Notes under the pieces: model-generated
The model's input: only the letters and a program-made list of their open reading frames with translations
The model's database searches: none
What the model was told of the DNA's origin: nothing
Made by a program: the position numbers and the translations under genes
Part shown: positions 8,164 through 16,865 of the stretch, piece by piece
Layout: the number at the start of each line of letters is the position of its first letter
How positions within the stretch are numbered: position 1 is the first letter of the stretch
Origin: an uncultured virus (IMG/VR IMGVR_UViG_3300048930_000155)
Taxonomy: Duplodnaviria; Heunggongvirae; Uroviricota; Caudoviricetes
Strand: one strand, 5' to 3'
DNA length: 20,000 nucleotides
Virus record (IMG/VR): IMGVR_UViG_3300048930_000155
Span: 61,740 to 81,739 of that record

Positions 8164-10335
8164 ATGATCCCTATTAACGGTAAGCTGATTACTAATACGG
8201 CGGACCTCTTAGCCATTAAAGACGAGCTAATGGCCGCCGAATTATTAGCGCTAGATACAGAGTCTGATGGGGTAGGGCGATTTGCCAATGTAATAGGCGT
8301 ATCCATGGCTACTTCGCCAGACACCGGCTATTATATCCCTATAACGCTCTATAAGCCCGATAGCGGCCTTTTTAGACCATGGACCGACTCAGCCTACCAG
8401 GTATTAGTATCAACGCTTATAGACGTTTTTACGAAGTCTAAACGGTTATTACTACACAACTGTACGTTTGACGCCAAAGTCATCCAAAACACCTTTGGGA
8501 TTGACATCCTCCCTTACATCCTAGCCGATACTGCCCTAATCTATCACACAGCTATAAATGAGGAAGGCCCTTTTGGGTTAAAAAAGTTAGCTGTCCTGCA
8601 CCTAGACCCAGATGCTGACAGTCCACAAGACGATCTTAAGCAGTCAGTGATAGCCAATGGAGGGTCTTGGACTAAGAAACAAAAGGACTTCTACCGCGGG
8701 GACTGGAAGCTCTTAGGCCACTATGCTATTTACGACGTAATCTACACTAGACGACTTTATGACATGTTCTGGCCGGCTATTGCCAAAGACCCTAAGCTTA
8801 TTAAGCTGTGGAACGAGGAAGTATATCCATTAATTGAAGTCACATACCAGCTTAATACCACAGGGGTACGTATTAATGTACCTTATTTTGAGAAGCTTAA
8901 GCTAGACATGTTAGACAAGATCTCCAACCTCGAATCTGAGATATTTGCGTTAATAGACGATAAGTTGACCGAGTATTCACGCGATAAGATACGAAAAGGC
9001 GTGAATATTACCCCTAGATCAGACTTTGGAAAGTTTTTAGCCTTGAATAATTTGTGGCCCTGGAAAGACAATTCCGAGATTCACAATAAGGCCATGATGC
9101 ATTGGTACAAAGATAAGCACGGCACTAACAGGATTTTCAACCTAGATAGCGGAGACGACAAGGCCTATCTACTATTCGACATATTAAAGTTACCCTCTAA
9201 TAAGACTACTAACTCAGGCAAGCGTAGTACATCTAAGGACGTGCTAGATGAGCTGGCCGCCCAATATGAAGATAGCAGCATAGTATTAAAACTACTCCGG
9301 GAAAGATCTAAAGAGAAGAAGCTCTTGTCTACGTACGTTGAGCCTATTTTACAGACCCACATAAATAGCCGAATATATCCAAGCTTTAACCAGGTAGGCA
9401 CAACATCAGGCCGTTACAGTTGTGGCGGCGATTCCATAAATCTACAGACGCTTCCAAGAGAAGACACTAGAATTAAGGCAGGATTTATTCCCGATGACGG
9501 TAACGCTTTTGTTGCTATCGATTATAGTAGCCTAGAGCCACACATCTTTTCTAACGAAAGTGGCGAGACTGTGCTAATTGATACCATGAATAATAATCTA
9601 GATTTTTACAGCTCTATTGCCGTAAACGTTCTAGGATTGAAGAATGTATCTGCTAACCCTAAGGACGAAAATTACCTCGGTAAAGTAGATAAGGAAAAGC
9701 GTCAGTGGATAAAAGGCATAGCATTATCGATACCTTACGGAGCTTCCGCGGGTCGGCTTTCTCAAATGATGCGCATAGACTATGACGAGGCTCAGGAAGT
9801 CTACGACAAATATCTTAAAGCATTTCCGGTACTAAAGAAATGGATGGATAGGTCTGAACTAGATATGAAGAAGTATGGCTATGTTGAGAGCATAGTAGGA
9901 AGGCGTAAACGAAACGCGACCATTCATAAACTGTATTCTAAGTACGGCGTGCGAAACTTTAGCAAAATGACGTGCTTTCAAATTATGGATAAACTAGGCG
10001 AGATTGATGGAATACAGGACGGTAAGTCACTATATCTTGAGTGTCGTAACGCACTTAACGTAGCTAAGAACCATAAGATTCAGAGTTTGGCGGCCAGTGT
10101 CTGTAATCAGGCTATGATAGACTTCTCTATCAAAAATAAAGAACTAGGCCTAGGGGCTTCCATAATGCTCAATGTCCATGACGAGATCATACTCCAAGTG
10201 CCCGCAGCGGGCGCGCAAAAGGCTTCCGAGGTATTAGCGCAGTGTATGATAGATAATAAAGTGGCTAATATGTTGAGAGTAAAGCTGAAGGCCACCCCCG
10301 CTATTACTACCCAGAGTCTTGCACAAGCTAAATAA
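8164..10335 (+). CDS. polA: DNA polymerase family A with 3'-5' exonuclease, no 5'-3' exonuclease domain
   Basis: Exo I/II/III motifs LALDTE, HNCTFD, YAIYD; TTSGRYS...NLQTLP; motif A IDYSSLE; motif B RQWIKGIALSIPYG; motif C VHDEI. Confidence 0.95.
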   Translation: MIPINGKLITNTADLLAIKDELMAAELLALDTESDGVGRFANVIGVSMATSPDTGYYIPITLYKPDSGLFRPWTDSAYQVLVSTLIDVFTKSKRLLLHNCTFDAKVIQNTFGIDILPYILADTALIYHTAINEEGPFGLKKLAVLHLDPDADSPQDDLKQSVIANGGSWTKKQKDFYRGDWKLLGHYAIYDVIYTRRLYDMFWPAIAKDPKLIKLWNEEVYPLIEVTYQLNTTGVRINVPYFEKLKLDMLDKISNLESEIFALIDDKLTEYSRDKIRKGVNITPRSDFGKFLALNNLWPWKDNSEIHNKAMMHWYKDKHGTNRIFNLDSGDDKAYLLFDILKLPSNKTTNSGKRSTSKDVLDELAAQYEDSSIVLKLLRERSKEKKLLSTYVEPILQTHINSRIYPSFNQVGTTSGRYSCGGDSINLQTLPREDTRIKAGFIPDDGNAFVAIDYSSLEPHIFSNESGETVLIDTMNNNLDFYSSIAVNVLGLKNVSANPKDENYLGKVDKEKRQWIKGIALSIPYGASAGRLSQMMRIDYDEAQEVYDKYLKAFPVLKKWMDRSELDMKKYGYVESIVGRRKRNATIHKLYSKYGVRNFSKMTCFQIMDKLGEIDGIQDGKSLYLECRNALNVAKNHKIQSLAASVCNQAMIDFSIKNKELGLGASIMLNVHDEIILQVPAAGAQKASEVLAQCMIDNKVANMLRVKLKATPAITTQSLAQAK

Positions 10336-10347
10336 CAGTGCTAAAAT
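10319..10347 (+). promoter_or_regulatory. Putative promoter for a leaderless transcript
   Basis: TTGCAC-17 nt-TAAAAT with extended TG; ATG 10354 is 6 nt downstream with no SD. Confidence 0.5.
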
Positions 10348-10353
10348 GGGTGC

Positions 10354-10746
10354 ATGAGTGACGATAAATCTCAGCCATTTGACTATAACGGTCTATTTGA
10401 GGCCGGAGAAATGTTGAGCGAAGAGCTAGCGTTTTATCGTGTGCCGGTAAGGGATATAAAAGAGAAGTATGGGACTCTTAGATGCTATACGGGGCTAGGC
10501 TGGTACTCCCTACATAGCATAGTGTATCCGAGATATGTGTATAGTCAGTTCCCTAAATGGTTATGGACCTTCGACTTGTTTTACGGTAGCCGCATACTAT
10601 ACTGGTCAGGCTTGACATACTTGAGCACTAAGCTGCACATGTGGACATACCGCAGAGCCTATGCTAAAGTTGTAAAAAAATTCCCGCACCTAAGAGAGGC
10701 TATACTAGTGGCAGCGGATTACGAGGAACTATTAGAAGGTTTATGA
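10354..10746 (+). CDS. Conserved phage hypothetical protein
   Basis: IKEKYGTLRCY matches the (Q)VKEKFGxLRFY motif common in phage proteins of unknown function. Confidence 0.65.
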   Translation: MSDDKSQPFDYNGLFEAGEMLSEELAFYRVPVRDIKEKYGTLRCYTGLGWYSLHSIVYPRYVYSQFPKWLWTFDLFYGSRILYWSGLTYLSTKLHMWTYRRAYAKVVKKFPHLREAILVAADYEELLEGL

Positions 10747-10759
10747 GGGGTGAAATGAA

Positions 10760-11035
10760 ATGAGCGAACAAGATTGGACTGAGAAAAAGGCTATAAAGAT
10801 TGTGTCTAACTATTTCACAATCCCCAAAGGCACTGATTCTAAGCCAGAGTGCATGATTCGAGATATCGCCCAAGCCCTTCGAGAAGCACAAAAGATTGAA
10901 TTGCCCGAGCCAACAGACATTCAAGCGATTCGAACTCTTGTTGGGTATGAAAGACAAAAAGATGGTACCGACAAAAAGAAGCTATACGTCGACTATGATT
11001 GGCTGAAATCCTACATAGAATCGAGGCGGAGATGA
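10760..11035 (+). CDS. Hypothetical protein, paralog of 11747-12061
   Basis: Shares MSEQDW, LREAxKIExP and WLxxxIExxR segments with that ORF. Confidence 0.65.
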   Translation: MSEQDWTEKKAIKIVSNYFTIPKGTDSKPECMIRDIAQALREAQKIELPEPTDIQAIRTLVGYERQKDGTDKKKLYVDYDWLKSYIESRRR

Positions 11036-11286
11036 GAATTTTCATTAAAATCGTTTTTATATCTTATGTTATTATGTCTTTATTTGCGTTTGTAGTTGGT
11101 CTTTTTGACGCTAATAAAAATGGTAGCACAAATCCCAATTATACATGGAGAGCTGATTGTCTTCGCACACCGTCTAGAATTCAAAAAGCATTTCCTGCTT
11201 ATAAATTAGGATGTTATTTGGGAGGAGCTGCTGGTGCTCCTTATTATTACCAAAATAAGGGTAAAGAAGTTTTGGGTGAATTATGA
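11032..11286 (+). CDS. Small membrane protein
   Basis: ATGA overlap start (MRIFIK) and an N-terminal TM helix. Confidence 0.6.
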   Translation: MRIFIKIVFISYVIMSLFAFVVGLFDANKNGSTNPNYTWRADCLRTPSRIQKAFPAYKLGCYLGGAAGAPYYYQNKGKEVLGEL

Positions 11287-11750
11287 GCACCCTGGAATCC
11301 CTGCTAAAAGATCTTGAAGAAAAAGCTAATGCTGCGGCTCCAGGACCTTGGACTGTGAGTTTAAATAGTGATGACGGTGACGAGGCTTGGGTGTCAGGTC
11401 TTCGTACAGGATATGACGGAGAATTTGATTTAGCAGACGCCGAATTCCTTGCCGCCGCAAATCCCGACACAATCAAAAAGCTTATTGCCGTGATTAGACT
11501 GCAAAAGGAAACAATTGAAAAAATGAATAAAGCATTGAGTGAAATGAATTTTTATTCAATGCCCGCAACAGGTACAGATTATTTTACGTTTAAGGATCAG
11601 GAAAGCAACAAGGCGGGAGAGGAAGTTAACATTCTTGCGAAACGTCACTTTGAACCTTTTAAAAATGACCAAGCGACTTCTTTTTTATCTGCTCTATCAA
11701 AACTTAGAGCAACGTTTAAAAACTGCGAAAAGATTGTGAGTGGAACATGA
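11283..11750 (+). CDS. Ead/Ea22-like phage protein
   Basis: LEEKANAAAPGPW...DAEFLAAANPDTIKKLI followed by a coiled coil. Confidence 0.75.
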   Translation: MSTLESLLKDLEEKANAAAPGPWTVSLNSDDGDEAWVSGLRTGYDGEFDLADAEFLAAANPDTIKKLIAVIRLQKETIEKMNKALSEMNFYSMPATGTDYFTFKDQESNKAGEEVNILAKRHFEPFKNDQATSFLSALSKLRATFKNCEKIVSGT

Positions 11751-12061
11751 GCGAACAAGATTGGGCTGACAGGAAAGCCGATGAAGTTGTGGGAAAAATT
11801 TTAAGCAAGGCAATTGGACTGGAAAGTTGGGACAAAGAAGATTGGTCTGTAATGAAGTTAGAAATTATAAAATCTCTTCGCGAAGCCCGCAAGATTGAAT
11901 GGCCCGATAAGACCGCGTCCTATAATTCCTTCATAAAAGAATATTCAAACTTCCCGTCCCAAGATAACGAAGGTTACACCCCAGACAGGGACGGATTTAA
12001 GGCTGGGTGGTTCGCCTGTCTCCACTGGCTTACCGCCCATATAGAGGATAAACGAAAATGA
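11747..12061 (+). CDS. Hypothetical protein, paralog of 10760-11035
   Basis: ATGA-coupled on both sides; shared segments as above. Confidence 0.65.
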   Translation: MSEQDWADRKADEVVGKILSKAIGLESWDKEDWSVMKLEIIKSLREARKIEWPDKTASYNSFIKEYSNFPSQDNEGYTPDRDGFKAGWFACLHWLTAHIEDKRK

Positions 12062-12369
12062 CAATGCCTGACGAACGATCTTACGCTGTACTCAAGACTA
12101 GGGCCTTCCTTAGGGCGCTTATCGATAAATCGGCTACTCCTGGGGTTCCTACGATAATTAGGGACATTGCTTATAGATGTTTAAGGCACTACCCGGGTAG
12201 CTATCATATAAACGAGGCTGCAAAAGTGGCCGAGAATGCCTTTGGCCCGCTAGACAGTAAAGTAGAGGAGGTATTAAGGCAACCCCCCGACCAGATATTT
12301 TACAGGCTAACTGAACTCAAGCGAGCTAAAAAAAAGCCGCGCAAACAGCAAAGAAAGTCCGTTAAATGA
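12058..12369 (+). CDS. BPSL0761-like conserved hypothetical protein
   Basis: MTMPDER...TRAFL...VP..IR..A..CLRHYP signature, recognised from memory. Confidence 0.7.
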   Translation: MTMPDERSYAVLKTRAFLRALIDKSATPGVPTIIRDIAYRCLRHYPGSYHINEAAKVAENAFGPLDSKVEEVLRQPPDQIFYRLTELKRAKKKPRKQQRKSVK

Positions 12370-13346
12370 AAAAGCTTGACCTAAGATTTGGAAATCCAGC
12401 ATTTATTCAAGAATTAACTGATGCTCAGTACTACGGCACGATATCATCGGCTAACCAGTCCTACGATCATACGGCACCGCAAAAGGATTTAATAGAGAGC
12501 ATCCTGTCATTGCATGAGCAAGTTGGCAATGTACTAAATATACACGACTATGACGTGGTAATCTCTAATGGTGCAAGTCAAATGCTGACGGCTGTATCGA
12601 GGGCTATGCCAGTAGGCGTATATATTCCATTTTGGTCTAGGTTTAGGTACTTAGTAGAAGACATGCAGGTATTCACAAGAGAGTTTCCCCACGACCACAA
12701 TAACCCTAATTTACACAAGCTAATGGTAACCTACCCTAATAATCCTGATGGTAAGCTATCTGCGATAGTTAACGAAGCTAAGGTAGTGGATGCGTCTTAC
12801 CATTGGCCTACGTTTTACAGGCCTGACGAAAAACTCGTACCCCTGAATAATGACGTACTAATTTTTAGTTTTAGCAAGCTGTCCGGAATGTCGTCAGTTA
12901 GGCTAGGTTGGGCACTAGTTAAAAAGGGCGTCACTGTAAATAATCACGAAGATTTAGCTAAAGTTATCTCTTCTCATATTGAAATGAGTACATGTGGAGT
13001 AAGTCCACTAGCTCAGCAGGTAGCCGTGGAATTCATAGAGGGCGTTCTTATAGAAATGCAAGTGGGGAGTTCCATACTCGATAGAGCACGAGAGGTTCTT
13101 AACGATCGTATTAACGAATTTTATCAGGCGTACCCTACCCATATTTATGGAGAGCAGCGAGGGATGTTCGCTTATATCAAGGACCCTACCGATACGCTAG
13201 ACCAGATCGGGGTAGAGTATTATAGGGGGCGAGATTTTGGAGACTCTGATAGTTATATTAGGTTAAATATCGGCGGCTCCGCACAGGAGTTTCGGGAGTT
13301 GATGGCCAGGCTGTTACTTAGAGCCGTTACCGCTGGAGGGGTTTAG
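12366..13346 (+). CDS. PLP-dependent fold-type I enzyme, TAA1/TAR/alliinase-like
   Basis: LHEQVGN, VVISNGASQ, TYPNNPDG, DASYHWP, FSFSKLSG (PLP lysine), RLGWALVK, GVSPLAQ, YIRLNI. Confidence 0.85.
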   Translation: MKKLDLRFGNPAFIQELTDAQYYGTISSANQSYDHTAPQKDLIESILSLHEQVGNVLNIHDYDVVISNGASQMLTAVSRAMPVGVYIPFWSRFRYLVEDMQVFTREFPHDHNNPNLHKLMVTYPNNPDGKLSAIVNEAKVVDASYHWPTFYRPDEKLVPLNNDVLIFSFSKLSGMSSVRLGWALVKKGVTVNNHEDLAKVISSHIEMSTCGVSPLAQQVAVEFIEGVLIEMQVGSSILDRAREVLNDRINEFYQAYPTHIYGEQRGMFAYIKDPTDTLDQIGVEYYRGRDFGDSDSYIRLNIGGSAQEFRELMARLLLRAVTAGGV

Positions 13347-13565
13347 CGTACCGTTAAAGTAACTGGCCGCAGTATGGCAAAAGACTACGTCTTGTGGCGG
13401 CAACGGCACTGTAAAATTGTACTGCTTGGCGCGACCTAGTCCGCAGCCCAGTAGATAAGCTCTTTCTACATTTTTAGCCATGTAGTAATAAGTAAACTCG
13501 CCGCCTACCGTATAGGCTATAAGTAACAATAACGCTGCTACAATAGTACCAAGAACGCTTCTCAT
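13314..13565 (-). CDS. Small membrane/secreted hypothetical protein
   Basis: N-terminal hydrophobic helix; last gene of the minus block, overlapping the PLP gene convergently by 33 bp. Confidence 0.6.
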   Translation of the reverse strand: MRSVLGTIVAALLLLIAYTVGGEFTYYYMAKNVERAYLLGCGLGRAKQYNFTVPLPPQDVVFCHTAASYFNGTLNPSSGNGSK

Positions 13566-13780
13566 TACTTTAACCCTGAATTACGTTTCCATGCATCAAA
13601 TCTAGAAAGAGTCCGTCTAAGCTCTTCCGACCTATCTTGTGCAGTATCAGACAATGTATCGTCGTAGAGCACTTTTATATAGTAATCCTTATCCGAAGCT
13701 GAACAATGACCCCACACAACAGTCCACTGATTGTCAAGCTTAAGGAGATAGACTGGCGGGGCCATCGATTCAGCGCTCAT
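13565..13780 (-). CDS. Hypothetical protein
   Basis: 71 aa, TAATG coupling to the next gene. Confidence 0.6.
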   Translation of the reverse strand: MSAESMAPPVYLLKLDNQWTVVWGHCSASDKDYYIKVLYDDTLSDTAQDRSEELRRTLSRFDAWKRNSGLK

Positions 13781-13782
13781 AA

Positions 13783-14100
13783 CTATTCCCTATTCTTATT
13801 AAGACGCCTAGCTGCATCGAAGAAAGCCGCTTCGTATATAGCCGCCTCTCTAGGAGTCAGGCCGCCGTTTTTTTGATTAAACTCTACGATAGCAGTCTCA
13901 AATATCTTCTCCACTGCAAACTTAGAAACTCTAACAGACGGACCACTAGAGAGCATGGAAGCTGTAAGCTCCAAGGTAAACTTAAATCTATCGTACATAT
14001 AATCCCTGAATTCTAATTCTGAGCCGCCAAAACTAAGCATATCCGCCATTAAGTTAGTAGACTGCATAGCGATCCATTCGTCTATTTCTTGCTTAGTCAT
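13783..14100 (-). CDS. Hypothetical protein
   Basis: 105 aa, tightly packed in the minus operon. Confidence 0.65.
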   Translation of the reverse strand: MTKQEIDEWIAMQSTNLMADMLSFGGSELEFRDYMYDRFKFTLELTASMLSSGPSVRVSKFAVEKIFETAIVEFNQKNGGLTPREAAIYEAAFFDAARRLNKNRE

Positions 14101-14321
14101 TATTTACCCTCACTATTGGCTTTGCGTTTTGAGTCCCAATAAGCTTGGGCATCTACTATCTTATCCTCGTCTACTGTAAGACGTACCGTATTAATGATTA
14201 CCCAGTGCCTAGTGCCAGAATCGCTTTTAGCCGGACGTTCATATCTACCACCCACATCTCGGCGCTCCCCGTTTATCATAAAATCCAGCACGATAATATC
14301 CTGACACTCTCTAAAGCTCAT
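14100..14321 (-). CDS. Hypothetical protein
   Basis: 73 aa, SD AAGGAG upstream. Confidence 0.65.
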   Translation of the reverse strand: MSFRECQDIIVLDFMINGERRDVGGRYERPAKSDSGTRHWVIINTVRLTVDEDKIVDAQAYWDSKRKANSEGK

Positions 14322-14340
14322 TTAGGCACTCCTTCTATAG

Positions 14341-14775
14341 TCAGACTAGCTTAGATTTGAACTTCTGTAAAGACTCAATTATATCTTTAATATTTTGAGG
14401 TAGACTAGACTGGCCCTCAATGTCCTGAGGGCGAGCTAAGGCCAGCACTATTTTATCAGTAAATTCTAACTTACGTACGGCGGTTGATGCAATAGTCCCT
14501 AGGCATATAACGCATTTAAACGGCTGTAGTTCAACGTTTAGAACGTCTAAGGCATTTGCCCGTTCTTCAGAAGAAATCCTCTCAGTGGGGCTTATAGAGC
14601 GTTTAATGACACTTGTAATACGAAAATCGTACCCTAATAGTCCTGCGGCCTCTAGCCACATGCTAAACTGTCGACCAGGGGCTGTTTGAGTTATAGGATG
14701 AGCTATGCCAGCATCGCCAACGAAATCTTGAAGTACGACTATAAATTTAGGGGCACAGTTTAGCTCAGTTTGCAT
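14341..14775 (-). CDS. Uracil-DNA glycosylase (family 4)-like fold protein, probably degenerate
   Basis: GRQFSMWLEAAGL...ITSVIKR...ELQPFKCVICLGTIA scaffold; canonical GEAPG and HP motifs are absent. Confidence 0.55.
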   Translation of the reverse strand: MQTELNCAPKFIVVLQDFVGDAGIAHPITQTAPGRQFSMWLEAAGLLGYDFRITSVIKRSISPTERISSEERANALDVLNVELQPFKCVICLGTIASTAVRKLEFTDKIVLALARPQDIEGQSSLPQNIKDIIESLQKFKSKLV

Positions 14776-14776
14776 A

Positions 14777-14986
14777 TTATTTAACTTCTATCTCATAGGG
14801 AATTCCCAGCACGTCCCATGCATTGTTTGGTAATTGTAGGAATCTTCCGCTCTCATCTTGGAATAAGCTTGCTGAACTGGCTTCTAGGTTCTTATGCCAC
14901 TTAACTAGTCCTACCATATTTTCCACTAGCTTTAGTTCGCGAGCTTTGCCGGTAACGCCAGTGTATTTTATTACTGTAGTTTTCAT
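14777..14986 (-). CDS. Hypothetical protein
   Basis: 69 aa, ATGA overlap with the upstream gene. Confidence 0.6.
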   Translation of the reverse strand: MKTTVIKYTGVTGKARELKLVENMVGLVKWHKNLEASSASLFQDESGRFLQLPNNAWDVLGIPYEIEVK

Positions 14987-16044
14987 GGTCTAGGTAGCCT
15001 TTTTGCAGGGTTCTTTAACAGTTTTGCGTGATACCCCATCATCGACCAGTTTTCTAATGATTGTCTGCCATTTAGATAGTCCGGCCCAGTAGCCGGTTCC
15101 TGGGGCCAAAAGTGGGCAATGTTTCTAAGGACCATTACAGCATCTTGCCTTTCTTTTTCAGTAAGGACCCCAGCATTCCACGCCATAGCGTAGAAGAACG
15201 CATTAATATTGTTTTGCGGCGCAATTTCTACAGCTACCCTTCGAATAGCTCGTCTATTCAGAGGAGATGAGTATAAGTGTTCCATAGCGGTTAGATTAAG
15301 TAAAGTGATGTGATGGTCGTAATAAATTAAATGTTTATCATTATAGATCACTGGCTCTATCCACCATAGCCACCCGCCCATTAAAATAAAGTGGATAAAG
15401 TATACTAGGTGCCAAACTCCGCCGAACTCTTTTCGCATAAGCGCAAGCAAGGAGGCCGAGCTATAGTAGTTAGGTCCAAAGGCCGGCTGAGATAGATTCT
15501 TATAACCATCAAATGTGTAATTAATGCCGCTACTAGAACTACGGGCTGAGACCATACCATTATGGTGTGCTAATCCTAAACAATGCTTCAGATAGTGCAG
15601 ACCTATCTTCTTTAGCTCTTGTTTGGGCCCGCCAAACATAGTGTAACTGTACACCCAGCTAGTGAGACAATCTCTAGAGACGGGATTAGGGTCGGTCTGT
15701 ACCGGATACATGCGTTCCAAGGAGCCGTCAGCCCTTACTAGTCTTCGTAGACCTTCGCTAGCAATAGTCATAGGCTTATACGACCAGGTACCGTAGTGGA
15801 CTAGTGCGGTATGGTCGTCTTTACTGTCTGTAAACACCTCGTTTCGCATTTTAGTGATCGCGCCAAGATCTATAATTTGTTCTAAACTTCTAGGGCCGTC
15901 TGTGGGTACCTTAAACGATGTGCCTATTTTACCCCGCCATTTTTTACGAAAAAGTATAATAGCTACTGGATATAGTAAGTACAGTAGCCACTGAATTGGG
16001 AGACCGACTGTGATAAATAGTAACCATCGTAATGCTGCGCTCAT
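14983..16044 (-). CDS. Hypothetical membrane-anchored helical protein (353 aa)
   Basis: Long ORF with a hydrophobic N-terminus and a second aromatic hydrophobic segment; coupled to ankyrin gene 2. Confidence 0.75.
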   Translation of the reverse strand: MSAALRWLLFITVGLPIQWLLYLLYPVAIILFRKKWRGKIGTSFKVPTDGPRSLEQIIDLGAITKMRNEVFTDSKDDHTALVHYGTWSYKPMTIASEGLRRLVRADGSLERMYPVQTDPNPVSRDCLTSWVYSYTMFGGPKQELKKIGLHYLKHCLGLAHHNGMVSARSSSSGINYTFDGYKNLSQPAFGPNYYSSASLLALMRKEFGGVWHLVYFIHFILMGGWLWWIEPVIYNDKHLIYYDHHITLLNLTAMEHLYSSPLNRRAIRRVAVEIAPQNNINAFFYAMAWNAGVLTEKERQDAVMVLRNIAHFWPQEPATGPDYLNGRQSLENWSMMGYHAKLLKNPAKRLPRP

Positions 16045-16613
16045 TTCTTATTCTCCTTAATAACATTCTCTAAATACTTCACGACAGGTAGGTGCCCGTT
16101 ATTCGCCGCCTCGCGTAGCGCCCAGTCGTCACCGGCCCTAACGTCAGCGCCCTTTTCGACGAGGTACTTCACGACGTGTAGGTGTCCACTCTCCGCCGCC
16201 ACGCGTAGCGCCAAGTCGTCATGAGCCCTAACGTTAGCGCCCTTTTCGATTAGGTACTGCACGACGTGTAGGTGACCGTTAAACGCCGCCCAGTGTAGCG
16301 GCGCGTCGCCTAGGGCCCTAACGTCAGCGCCCTTTTCGATTAGGTACTGCACTACGGATAGGTGCCCTTTACGAGCCGCCCCGCGTAGCGCATACTTGCC
16401 GCTGTCCCTAACGTCAGCGCCCTTTTCGATTAGGTACTGCACTACGGCTAGGTGCCCATTCTCCGCCGCCCAGCGTAGCGCCGCGTCGCCTAGGGCCCTA
16501 ACGTCAGCGCCCTTTTCGATTAGGTACTGCACTACGGCTAGGTGACCGTATCGGCTAAACACGATCAAGTCGTTGTCAAGGTCGTTTTGACACTTTACTG
16601 CTAACATACTCAT
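16041..16613 (-). CDS. Ankyrin-repeat protein 2 (5 repeats plus caps)
   Basis: Same 30-aa unit; N-cap QNDLDNDLIVFSRY; C-cap YLENVIKE. Confidence 0.93.
   Translation of the reverse strand: MSMLAVKCQNDLDNDLIVFSRYGHLAVVQYLIEKGADVRALGDAALRWAAENGHLAVVQYLIEKGADVRDSGKYALRGAARKGHLSVVQYLIEKGADVRALGDAPLHWAAFNGHLHVVQYLIEKGANVRAHDDLALRVAAESGHLHVVKYLVEKGADVRAGDDWALREAANNGHLPVVKYLENVIKENKK
16098..16547 (-). repeat. Five tandem 90-bp ankyrin-coding units
   Basis: Reverse complement of the unit at 1291-1830, exact 90-bp period. Confidence 0.97.
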
Positions 16614-16864
16614 TTCTTCTTTTTATTTACTCGTTTTTTATCGTCGACTAAGCTAAAGTCGTAATCTTCTAACGTTCTATCTATAAACTCAACTAGTTCT
16701 AGCGCAGTTCTTGGCGTTAGTCGTACAGTGACTGATTCATGCCCTACCGTAAACACTTCGCCTATAGTCTTAGTTTCGAGATCTTTCTCATTACGGAAAG
16801 TTAGGCGAAAGTGGTCGCCTATTCGACTCGTAGTAAACGACGCACTAAGTTTTTTAGTTTGCAT
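16610..16864 (-). CDS. Hypothetical protein, possibly DUF3467-like
   Basis: Start re-called to ATG 16864 (MQTKKL) after AAAGGT; FRLTF...VRLTPRTALEL pattern. Confidence 0.55.
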   Translation of the reverse strand: MQTKKLSASFTTSRIGDHFRLTFRNEKDLETKTIGEVFTVGHESVTVRLTPRTALELVEFIDRTLEDYDFSLVDDKKRVNKKKK

Positions 16865-16865
16865 A

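Noticed and set aside
399..11476. Minus-strand ORFs in the track within the plus block (for example 399-854, 1248-1499, 2197-2616, 3668-4000, 9165-9401, 11174-11476)
   Set aside because: They are antisense shadows of well-supported genes with no recognisable motifs.
13300..13360. Bidirectional terminator at the convergence point
   Set aside because: The two ORFs overlap and no clear hairpin with a U-tract is visible.
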